From the NCBI GenBank assembly GCA_903813345.2, contig CAIIXF020000001.1, positions 12,896,001-12,960,000 of the forward strand: DNA of 64,000 nucleotides. Direction: 5' to 3'. The stretch's first letter is position 1. Every line of letters starts with the position of its first letter. The notes under the pieces were generated by a model. The model was given only the letters and a program-made list of their open reading frames with translations. It had not been told where the DNA came from and did not search any database. Both the position numbers and the translations under genes were made by a program. Below are positions 27,123 through 39,900 of this stretch, in pieces. This stretch comes from Owenia fusiformis (Eukaryota).

Positions 27123-28027
27123 TTTTTCTAGATTCCATTGGGTCAAACATTTCGCACATACAACTTGTAATCACTGGGGATTATCAGAAATCGACTCCAA
27201 AGTAGCGCTAGGTTCAAAATATTTATTTTTTCAACATTGCCAAATTTAAAACGCATTAAACCCCGGCCCCAGTGTATTAAAACTCCGATAGTCAAAGTCA
27301 CTTGAGCGGGGCAGCCCGTCTAGTCGTCTAGTAATAACGTAAAAAACATATTTTCAAAGTGCTAAGATTATTTTCAATGTCAAAAGTTTCTCAAACAAAG
27401 TGTGATAAAGTTTGAAATCGCAATTAATTTTTCAGCTAATTTTGATCACCAAAAGTTCAAAATTAAACTTTGAACACCATTCTTCCATTGAGGAAAAAAT
27501 ATAGATATCTTGGATAATCTATTCATACAGTAAAAATGAGAATATGCGAGCCTTTTAAGAACATTTTGAAAACAATTGTCGAAGATTTGGAAATTTGGAG
27601 TTTTATAACAAAGCACGTTGTTGATAAACATTTTCATGGAAAACAAACATAGCTCCGTCAATTATCGTTTTATTTAGCATCTCAGACCATTTGTCCAAAC
27701 AAAAAGTTTAGATAAAGTTTTTGACTAGTTTTGATTTTAATGGAGGTTTGAAGTAAAAGACTAAAATTATTCTTCCAAATTACTTTTTACATGCCGAGTG
27801 TTCCGTTTTTATGAACACATTTTTTATCTAATGGTATCCGCCAATTACATTCACAATTGCATATTTGCAAGCGCGTGTGTGCGAGTGCTGCTGGTTATAA
27901 TTGATAATTAAACATTCGAATAAAAAATGCAAGTGATTTAGAAAATTAGATTAATATAACTATGTTCGAGCTCATTCAAGCAAAGCGACAGAACAAGTAT
28001 TAAATTTTTAGCAGTTTTGACACCTGA

Positions 28028-28415
28028 GCCGTTTGGGCGAGTGGGTTAGACTGTGGTTGAGCGTACTGGTGGAGGAATACGGAGGTCCCGCGTTCGAACC
28101 TCAGGTACGGCGTTTTAGATGATAGTCCTACAGTACACTCGGTCCGAAGGTCCAACCTCTGGCCCTTGGCAATGGGTTGGTTCTCTGACTGCTCTTGTTC
28201 TGACTGCTCTTGTCGGAGATAGATTGTGAAACTGTGGTTGATTCCTCCACAGGCGGGCTATTGGAGATACCGGGAGTCATACAGTATGGTAGCGAGCCCC
28301 CACCAAGGGCAGTAGTGGAACGACACGAATCGATCCTAGTATGGTTGCATTGCAACTGAAGAGACTCGGGGAAATCATACCATTCGCTTTGACCCAGAAA
28401 AGGCTTTTGCTTCTT
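28028..28415 (+). mobile_element. tRNA-derived SINE-like element or tRNA pseudogene with a GC-rich body
   Basis: Head 28028-28111 with an A-box-like TGGGCGAGTGG, a B box GTTCGAACC and GCCGT...ACGGC acceptor-like ends. D and anticodon arms do not pair canonically. The 3' boundary is approximate. Confidence 0.55.
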
Positions 28416-30990
28416 GATACAATTATAATTTTTTATTTGACTTATTTATTGAAAACAAACGTCAATTTCTGCGCATTCCAGTCAGCAGACTACCTCAGCT
28501 GGCGGGGAATCCATAAATTGATATTTTCCTTAAATGGCGAAAAGATGGAGTTTTACCTATATATATGGGCATGCCGAGCGACGATGGCAGAAAGACCTAA
28601 TGCAGTGGCGAAAAAGGTACTAAGCGGAGGAACACGTCTCAGAGAATCAAGTTTTTCATTGCCCTGATCATGCCCATGCCCAGATGCACTGTAACTAATC
28701 TATACTGTAAGATGTTATGCAAATACAATATGAATAAATGTAAATAGCAGGGATTTTTTATTACAAGTGCTTATTGCATTGGATAACATCAATGAATGAC
28801 AGGTTAACATTTCATTTATTCTATAGATCGTTACGTCAAGTCCTCGGACACCGATCACTAATTGCGTCATTCTTATGGCTTAAAAAGGCTTATAGTTGTG
28901 AGGATTACTTGTCTCTGATCTTTTAACATGTATGTCACGTCCGTTACTGGCCATTGGCTTCCGTTCATCATGAATGACACACTCACTGCCTCTGAATGTG
29001 ATGAGAATTCCCAATGTAATTATGCTAGTATGATGATGATGCCATGCTGTTGACGTAAACTAGATCGTGACCGGATCGTGACACAGGCGGTCGACATCGC
29101 AATATTTCATTCTGAATACTAGTACACAATAATATGGGAAATACAGCTGTCTCAGCATAACAAACAATAAAGTAATTAATTTGAGTAAGTTTATTTACAA
29201 AGATATTTATATACATTTTTTACAAAAGTAATCTGTTTACATATTATGCAATATGGACGGATTATTCATTTATATATTACAGAAAAAATATTCACAACTT
29301 GATATGTTGGTTTTTATTTGGTGGGAATGTGTTCGCTAAAACTCAATTCCATGCTAACACTGCAGAACAATACATATGCTACATATAATACATATGCTGT
29401 ACAATACAGGTCAGAGAATAATAAAATATTTATGTACATGTATACAGTTATGTATCTTTGAAATAATGTCTGGTAGGTTTCATTATTTAAAGGTACTGTA
29501 TTATTACAACAAGACATCGTAATACATAACATAACACTTGTAAAAATGAATGTTAAGAACTGCATAATTGTAATAAAGCTTCACAGACTGTCACACACTA
29601 TTTATTTTTAGTTTTTACATTTTTATTATAAAAGGTTCAATCGTTTTTATACAATATCACAGACTGAGCTTCGATAAGCTTAGATTTATCACTGAATTAG
29701 ATAAATTGGCTTTTTTGAGTGGGAACTGCCCAATGATCACAAAGAAGAAGTACAAAAATGCAGACAAAGGAACATCTAAGATTTGACAAATACAAAATGT
29801 GAAAGTCAGTCATTCAAAATCATTCGGGAACACTGTTAAAAATTCACAATTTGACATTTAAACCCGAAGGATAATAGCCAAAGTGTCCCACTGATATCCA
29901 AATACGAAAGTAACTGCATCTTTATTTGTATTGTCTAAACTATTTCACGAGTTTGCATTTCTTGGATCTATAAAGGCACAATTCTAAAATCTGAAATATT
30001 ATTGCACGTTTTTTTGTACTTCATAGACAATGCAGGACATAAACTAATATGTGTTAGAAATCAACATTAATACTCAATGTTTTGAATAAAAAAGAAACAT
30101 ATTCGAGAAAATATAAAAATGCAAGATATACTGGCTCTATGAACTCTATGTATCTGTCAGTCATTATAAGAACTCTTCCTCTTATAACAGACATTCTAGT
30201 TTTGTGTATTTGTGAAATAATACACAACTGATAACATGTACTTAGTATGTCACAGACTTACTTGATATACCCTGTGCTACCAAACAATCACATTGTTGTA
30301 TAATATAGGATGGAGTTCATCCAAGTTGTAAATAAATTCATGTAAAGAACTGCATTTTTGGAAGTAATATCACAGAGTCGTATAAAACAGAATATTGAAT
30401 AACAAAATCTAAATTCATAGTGAACAATTTGTAAAAATACAAAAATAGTTGCAGAAAATGTTGTAAATAAAAATAGCAGAAAGGATATATAATATCATCA
30501 TTGGTTGTTACATATATATATATATATATAATATAACATCATATAAAAACAAATGTTATGAGTCAAGTATTTACCTGGTTGACATACAACTTGGCTTCTA
30601 AATCCAGAAGAACCTGGATGAAATAATTTTTAAATGTTTTTTAAGGATTACAAGTATATGTACTATTTCTTGGGAAATCAATCATCAAAAATGGCTTTTG
30701 AATATGAGAAATATGAGAAGTACAAAATGCAGTATTTTAATCCACATCACAGAATAAATATTTTCCAAATTCTATTGAGTAAACCGCCTACTCATTCTTG
30801 CAGCTGTAAAGTTTATGTATAACCATATTGAGTATTATTTTTTGAATTCATCATTTATTCACTGAGTCCTATAATGTTAGCCAAATTTAGAGTTGTTTTG
30901 GAGAACACACACTTTCAGATATAGCAGACGGCTCTGATTCCATGACACACCACATGTAAGTAGACACATTGGTTTCTAATATAGATGTCA

Positions 30991-33900
30991 CTATAAAAGT
31001 ACACAAGCTTTAGATTTATCTGATTTTCCACTTCCACCTCTACCGCCATCATCATCATCTGAAAGATAATTCATGTACAGTCATTTTTTGATCACAAACA
31101 AATCAAAGACATTTCAATAATCTATCCAATGTCAATAGAGGAACACTTACTAAGATATCATTATTCATGATAGATTAATTAAAGTACATGTACCCCAAAT
31201 CATCATAAAAACGTTTTGATATACTGTTAATGTTAAATATTGAAAGATCCAAGGGGGTTTCCATCAAATTTCGTCATGAGTATGGGTTTATTTCGACCAT
31301 GCATGAGGTGTTATTTCGACCTTCTAAATTGATAATAGTTTCAAGACACCAAAAACATTACACTTTTAATACTAATATTTAAATGACATTTAAAAGTGAA
31401 GAGAATGGTTGAAATAACTCCACACCGATGACGAAATAGCCCCATACGACGAAATCTACATACCACCCCTCATTTTGATCACTGAGATTGCTCATGAATT
31501 TTTCACACCTTTCTCTTTCGGTATGAGCTTGAAACATTTCTCAGCTTCTTTCTCACTCTGTGAGTTCATGATTTCTTTGATGAGTTTAAGTGATATCCTT
31601 TGCTTGTTGTGGTCTTCAGCTATCTGGACCATTTTACGCATATGGGCCTACAAATAGAATACACACAATAAAAGCAAGTGTATCACAAACAATGAGATCA
31701 CAGATAATACCATTTCAATTCATCTTTGATACACCTGAACCAATCTGTCTCCTAGCTATGTTATCATATCTTTATATCATTACATATGCAAAATGTCTCA
31801 GAAAGACATATACAGTAGACCCGACAGTAGATAACTTTGTTCTATCTTACATTTCATTCTGTAGGGTAAATGAAAAAATAGTTAAATAAGCATACCATTT
31901 TGTGTTCAAGTTTTTCTTGCTTTTTCTTCAACATAGCAACTTCCATCATAAACTTGGCCTTGGCTGGGTCAACCGTCTACAAGAAAATAGATGTCATTGT
32001 ATGAATAAAGCAGGATTGTAAAGTCATATTTTGCACATTCTGGTATGCCAGAGCCCCTCTTATCTGCCGTTTGCGAGAAGGAAGGATAAAGACAAAGGGG
32101 GCGCGGCTATCGCGATGTATTTTGCATAGAAAGTAGGACATAGAATAGCTTCATATATCATAGGGGATACTGTGAAAAGATTGATAAAAAGGTAAAATTA
32201 CAAATAAAATGCAATTCCTGAAGTATCTAAAACCTGAAAGTACAGTACAGTGTAAAATAAACTACTGACCTTGACATTTGTGTTGGCTGCGGATGACTGG
32301 CCCTTTGCCTCTGACAGCTTGTGCAAGGTTTGCTTGGTGTTCAGGTTCTTCTTCACCTTTGACGGCTTCTGCTTGCCCCAAATCTGAATCATGATTGCAC
32401 TGTCCTCTAGGTAAGATACCAGCTGAAATAGAAATCATAATAATCATCAGTAAAGTGAGTGTACGATGATAGCTAGTAAAAGGCTCTAAACAGCTCTAAG
32501 AAGAAATATAATGTGGAAAATAAAGTAACTTAGGGGAGTTAAAACAAAAATCAGGAAAAGCTAAGGAAAATAAGACCTCTTCAAATCTTTGAGTGAAATT
32601 GATCAGAATTGCCATGATAAGGAGACAAAAGTTGGTATTATTACAACGAATTCAAACTTCCAAATATGATACTTTAACAGCAGAATTCACCCTGGATCTT
32701 CAAGGGGTATATAATTCATGAAATTTAAATTAAATTAGCCATAGTATTTCAGATGTTCTAAACTTGATGTTGCTGTTACCTGTTTTGTTGCTGGAGCAAA
32801 AGAAAATTGTTTCTTAAAGTTAAACTCAGGGTTGGTTGTGTCTGCTATTTTTTTAGTACAAGTTGGCTCATCATCAACATACATCAGGAACTTGGCATAG
32901 ACATCCTAGATGGTGGAAGTATAAGGCTATTATTGGCAGATAAAAACATATCAAATATGGTAAAACCTGTGTATTCAAACACCTCTCTATACTTATGTCA
33001 ACACCTCTCAATGTGAACACTTTTTCAAGGTCCCAATTGTGTTATCTCCCATTGAGCCGAATATAATGAAACCTTGAAATGTGAACACCTGCTAATTTGA
33101 ACACCTCTGGCTAGTCCCAGTAGTGTTAGGATTAAAGAGATTTAACTGTATTTTATTTACATTGTACGTACATCACAGAAGTATGTCTATGTTCAACATT
33201 GGATGGGTGTTGTTAGACAATAATACCTCAATCTATAGTCAAAGAGGTATTCAGTTACACTGATATATAACAGTGGTAAAATTAGAATAAAATACAGGTA
33301 AATCTACTATAACGTCATTAAACCTTAACAACGTCAAAAAATAATAAATTGCTATTGCAATATAACTTCATCCCACAAGCGATCTAGATTGAAGTTGGAA
33401 ATGTTTAATGTATTCATTAAATTGTTAAAACTTGAATTTATGCTTACTGTGAATTTCTTCGGAAGCCCTAGTGCCTTTGTGATCTTGACATTGAAATACA
33501 CATCACGTCCAACGAGTGCCTTTGGATCATCAACAAAGATATCATCTGCCTCCGTGTATTCTTTGCCCTTCTTGTCACATGGCCTGATCTCAAACTGGAA
33601 AAGCAATTCATCAATCAAATGTTTATGCTTTATTCATGTTCCACTTTTCTATCTTTAACTCTTCAAGCAAATTTCAAGTGCTTCCCCCCTGTTGTATGTT
33701 ACAATAACAAGGTTATTCAAAGTTATATAAATGTTTAACATCATTCTCTTCTGAGATTGAAGCACACTTTTAGTGAACCAACAACATATTAAGTGCCTTA
33801 TGTAATTGTAACAATAGAAATGAAAATTAAAAATTCTTATCTTAGATCATATTGTAATAAAATGAATTCCTCAATAAAACACTACAATTGTTTTAGCTTT

Positions 33901-36900
33901 GTTTAAAAGTTTATTTGAATTCAAATTCAAAGAATTTGCCAGTTTAAAGTCACCCTCTTGTATGCTTAATGGTATTTAAAATAACATAAAACCATTAAGT
34001 AATACAATAAATAAAGGTTTTGATTGATTTTTTTTTTTTTTTACCTACAACCTTCTTTAGATTTGGTCATTGTTAAACATGTAATTAACTTTCAATGGCC
34101 TTATAGTATAAAAGTGGAATAATTCAGACAGATTTAACAGGATTCAGTTCTATTATCGTCTTTATATTTCCATCAGATGAGATCATCAAAGGACTTCATT
34201 AAATATCTTTATTATTAGAATGTTGTTCACTTAGCTACTGGATGCTCTTGATTTCCTGGATACTATTTATAAAACTAATTTATTGTACACTTTGCAATAT
34301 TAAGTTCCTGTTATGTATTTTTAGCAGTAGCTACTTTTGAACTCTTCTGACACATCAACCATTGGTTTTTAAATCAGTTCATTAATATAAGTAGTGAATT
34401 AAATTGTTTGTAACACCTACCTAGCAGAACCCACCTACCTAAGTACGTATTTACAAGATAGAGTTACATCATAAACCATTGGTTTAGATTAACTTGTCCA
34501 GTGGGTGGATGAATGCCAAGCTTTGTTCTTAAACTAGATGGTGGCTCAACATTGGACAGTTCTATTATCACATAACTCAACTTTAAGATGATAACTCCAC
34601 TTGAAGATGTTATCACATATTGATGTAAAATGGACGCTCACATATGTGGGTGTTATATATACAGCACTTACATTTAATAAACCAACTTCTGTGCCTTTGA
34701 AGTCAGTTATTTCCAACTGCTCATCCATTTCTATCTGATATGAGAGGGACTTCAACCAGGCCTTCACACTTCCTATGTGAGTTTCTGCATTGGGGTCCTC
34801 CTCAAATGGGTCTTTCTCCTAAAATACCATCAAAAAAGTTGCACAATAGCTCAAGTAACCAATACGGGGTAATGCTTGATACATGTATCTCCCACTCAAA
34901 AAATAAGTCACATTTGTCTTATGTTACGTTACATTCTGCGATCTAATAGAAAGGCCTCTTCTAGTCTGACCTCACATTTAGCTTAATCCCCACTAACCCT
35001 CTCCCCAACCTAGCCCATTTCTAGTCTGATCCTCACATTAAGCTCAATCGCCACTAACCTTCTCCCCAACCAAGCCCATTTCTAGTCTGACCTCACATTA
35101 AGCTTAATCCCCACGAACCCTCTCCCCAACCTAGCCCATTTCTAGTCTGATCCTCACATTAAGCTCAATCGCCACTAACCTTCTCCCCAACCTAGGCCAT
35201 TTCTAGTCTGACCTCACATTAAGCGTAATTCCCACTAACCCTCTCCCAACCGAGCCCATTTCTAATCTGATCCTCACATTAAGCTTAATCCCCACCATCC
35301 CTCTCCCCAACCTAGCCCATTTCTAGTCAGACCTCACATTAAACGTAATCCCCACTAACCCTCTCCCCAACCTAGCCCATTTCTAGTCTGATCCTCACCT
35401 TAAGCTCAATCCCACTAACCCTCTCCCCAACCTAGGCCATTTCTAGTCTGACCTCACATTAAGCGTAATTCCCACTAACCCTCTCCCAACCGGGCCCATT
35501 TCTAATCTGATCCTCACATTAAGCTTAATCCCCACCATCCCTCTCCCCAACCTAGCCCATTTCTAGTGTGACCTCACATTAAGCATAATCCCCACTAACC
35601 CTCTCTCCAACCTAGCCCATTTCTAATCTGATCCTCACATTAAGCTCAATCCCCACTAACCCTCTTCCCAACCTAGCCCATTTCTAGTCTGATCCTCACA
35701 TTAAGCTCAATCCCACTAACCCTCTCCCCAACCTAGCCCATTTCTAGTGTGACCTCACATTAAGCTCAATCCCCACTAACCCTCTTCCCAACCTAGCCCA
35801 TTTCTAGTCTGATCCTCACATTAAGCTCAATCCCCACTAACCCTCTCTCCAAACTAGCCCATTTCTAATCTGATCCTCACATTAAGCTTAATCCCCAATA
35901 ATCCTATCCACAACCTAGCCCATTTCTAGTGTGACCTCACATTAAGCATAATCCCCACTAACCCTCTCTCCAAACTAGCCCATTTCTAATCTGATCCTCA
36001 CATTAAGCTCAATCCCCACTAACCCTCTTCCCAACCTAGCCCATTTCTAGTCTGATCCTCACATTAAGCTCAATCCCCACTAACCCTCTCTCCAAACTAG
36101 CCCATTTCTAATCTGATCCTCACATTAAGCTCAATCCCCACTAACCCTCTTCCCAACCTAGCCCATTTCTAGTCTGATCCTCACATTAAGCATAATCCCC
36201 ACTAACCCTCTCTCCAACCTAGCCCATTTCTAGTGTGACCTCACATTAAGCTCAATCCCCACTAACCCTCTTCCCAACCTAGCCCATTTCTAGTCTGATC
36301 CTCACATTAAGCTCAATCCCCACTAACCCTCTCTCCAACCTAGCCCATTTCTAATCTGATCCTCACATTAAGCTCAATCCCACTAACCCTCTCCCCAACC
36401 TAGCCCATTTCTAGTCTGACCTCACATTAAAATCCCCACCATCCCTCTCCCCAACCTAGCCCTACAGTTCGCTTAATCCCAAACCTTAAACCAATCCCTC
36501 CCATGGCATAACCCCCACATTAAGCTTAATCCTCAATATGACCCCCTCCCCTTGCTAAACGCACACATGCTGTTAAATTCTAGTCTACTCACAGCAGGAA
36601 GTTGCCAATCTTCTCCCTCAGCATAGTTCTCATACATCTCTTGCATCACATACTTGCGGTTGAAGAACTTGGTCCTTGGCCAGACCCACTCAATTTCTGT
36701 CTCTATATTTGTAACTTTGATCATGACCTACAGAGATAATTCAAAACATAAATTAAACTATGATTAACGTATTAACTTGATTACCAAAATAGTGATTCAA
36801 ATTCTGAAGTGACAAAATGGTGACGATTCATAATGAATTTTGCAATCACAATATGTCACCATATGGCAGGATATCGAGATGAAATGCTAGGAGCCAATCC

Positions 36901-39900
36901 TTCTTGATGTGCAGTGGTATCTCATAAAAATTAGTTGATTTAAAAGAGGCTGACAGACAGGTATAATTCAAATGTGTACTTGGTACACTTGATACCATAT
37001 TATATTAGAAGGTTAAATATTCCAACTTGAAATTCTAACCAAGCAGCAAAATGAAATCATGCCAATATGATATACGACCAGACTTTAGTATCTCCAAATT
37101 TCAACATTTATTTCTCTTACCTCACTTCTGCCCTTGATGTCCCCTCTTGCCTCTGGTGACACAACAATAGCATCAAACTTAAGCTTCTTGTCCAGTTCTT
37201 CACTGATGGAGTTGGCTTCCTCTATGGCAGGCAGAACCTCCATTAAGTCTTCTTGTAGGAGCATATCATCTAAAACACACATTACGGAGGTTAAGCTACA
37301 CATTTTTAAGAGAAGTTGAACGTGAATTAGAATATGCAGAATTATGGTACTCCAATCCAGAGATTTCTTCTCCCCTTCATAGCACTTACTTGGCCAACTG
37401 AGGATTAAAGTATGAGGAAAAAGTTGTATCATGTTCCTAGCAAAAAGAACTGAAAAATTACCATGCAGTAACTCATGAAAGCCAATGCTCTAAGGTGCTC
37501 AAGTAAAATCTAAGTTCTTTTCTTGTACAAGTTGTTATTTCAACATACCTCTAGATTTGTTTTCAGTGTTCATATCAAAGCCAGAATTTGACGCAATCTC
37601 CTCCTGGGCCATTTCATAAGACACCTCTGTATCAGAACTTCCAGCCTCCTTAGGATTAACAAACACCATGAGTTGGGTGGTTCCGAACATGAGCCTGTCA
37701 TTGTTGCAGAGCTCCGTCTTACTGGATACTGGCTCACCATTGCGCAGAAGACGCCCAGAGCTGTTGCCACGCTCGATGGCAAACTTGCCGCCTTCGTTGA
37801 AAATTACTGCATGTTGCTCTTGGATGCTGCAAAAACAAGTCGGATAACAATGGTTGATTTGATTTGATTTGAAAACTATATTTATTCTGAATAGCTCTAT
37901 CAGTACAAAACTGGTCTTCCTAGAGGCCCAGTAATAATTTACAATTATTTACAATATATACAATTAATGGTTGATAATCTAATTTCATAAATTACAAATT
38001 TAACCTAAAAAGAATTAGAGTTAGGAATCTAAATCAGCAGGTATTTAAAAGTCCAGAAATTAAAGAAAGTTACAGAAATTCACAGATTTGTTAAGACTGG
38101 TTCCTAAAATGATAAGTCATGACATGATTTGATAAATGTTAAGACATTTTTTGAGTAAGGGATGTTGTCCAATTATCTAGAGGTGTGGAATAATGAAATA
38201 AGTATTTTTAGGGGGAGGGGGGGGGGTAAAAAGTGTTGATTTTCTTAAATATTCAAGTGAATGAAGACATTTTAAAATTTCATTAGATGAGGGGAGGGGG
38301 TCAAACAATAATGAAATGAACTTTGTTTTTCCACAGCTGTTGTTAATTTGACACCATCCCTGGACAATGGACATCTAAGATCGAGAAATATTCAGGCTAT
38401 TTACCTTGGCCCAGCAAGCACAATATCAGAAGGATCTCCCTTCTTGCTTCCTATCTTATTTTCTGGTAACTCAGTGAAGTACACGATTCTTCCACTCAGC
38501 TGGGGGTCAAAGTTCAAGTTGTAGATATGTGGAGTAGTTTTCTTTTTCTCATTTGTTTCACTCACGACAGGAACCTGAAGAGAACACAAAACATGAGCCA
38601 TAGGGTATGACTTACACACAGGTATTCTTTTTAAAAATTGAAGATAATTTTGCCCAAATCTCGATATCTATAGCCTACTGTTATGAAAGCTGGTGTTTGA
38701 GAATGATCACAAAATGTCAGTTGTACAGACCTGTTCACTGTTAACAATTCTTATGTTAGATGACAATGAACATTTTTTTTAGGTTTTTCCACTTATTACT
38801 TACATGGCCTTCTTGGAAAGCCTTTAGCTTCTCTTCATATGACTTTTTCATCTCTTCCATCTCATTGGCATTCTCACTCATCTGAGCTTTGAAATCTTCC
38901 TCCATTTCTTTTTTTAGAGCAGCGATCTCTGGAAGTGAAGAAAGTTTGTGAAGCTGTGTTGGAAAAGGACACAATTTCCAACCTTACTTTTGGTATTTTC
39001 ATTTGAGTTTTTTTTAAGAACAACTCTGTAGACATGACCCTGAATATTACTCCAAAATGTTCAACATATCAAAATACAATAAAATCATACATCAGATAAA
39101 ATAAAACCTTGTTAAACAAAGAATGAATTAGCTCTATTCAAACAAAGCGCACTTTATATCATGTGTTACATAATTGTTTTCTCACCAACTATAGAGACTT
39201 GTTAATAAATATATGCAAAAAGTAAAAGCTGTATTAGTGAACACCTCTCGCTAGTGACCCCCTGTGTTTAGTGAACACCACTTCAAGACACATTTCTAAT
39301 TGAGTCTTGTATAATTCCCCCACTGTAGTGAACACCTTTCGTGGCTCCATAGGTGTTCATTATATTCAGGTTTTACTGCACTGTTTTACTTGTGTATGCA
39401 AGAATGGATATATTTGTATGGCAGCTTCCCTTACCTTCATCACTCATACCAGTTGTATCCTCATCCCCTACATCACTAGCCTTGCTCATGTCAATTCCTC
39501 CACTGGCCAGCATCTGCTTAAGCCTCTCATTCTCCTCATTCAACTCACGAATCAGCTTCTCAGTTGGATCTTCATTTACCTTTACTGAGGTTTTGATCTG
39601 TTTTGCACGGTCAGCTACAAAGTTAACATTGTCAAATATAATTCTTTATGATGCATGGAAGGAGTAAATGGTTCATATGATGTAACAGTATTCTCCTGTC
39701 ATTGATATTCTATATCCATCTTAATTTGTCCTTAATAGTGGGAATTTTGAGAATTCAATGACATGTCAAATTCCCTACCCTGGGGGCAACCAAGGGAGTC
39801 CATTTCCCCACCCCGGGAGCAATAATAGCTGGTCAAACAGTCAAATTCATTTTACAGAGAATATGCATTTCAAAAGTGCCTACTTCCATGTTGATCATAC

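Noticed and set aside
28028-28111. Functional tRNA gene
   Set aside because: A and B boxes are present, but no canonical D or anticodon stems.
28339-28380. Hammerhead-ribozyme-like core (CTGAAGA...GAAA, with GTATGGT/ATCATAC pairing as stem III)
   Set aside because: Stem II lacks the closing G-C pair and stem I cannot form next to the cleavage site. At best it is degenerate; an Infernal search of the family consensus would settle it.
34958-36462. Interstitial telomere
   Set aside because: Only one CTAACCCT per 61-bp unit; no (TTAGGG)n run.
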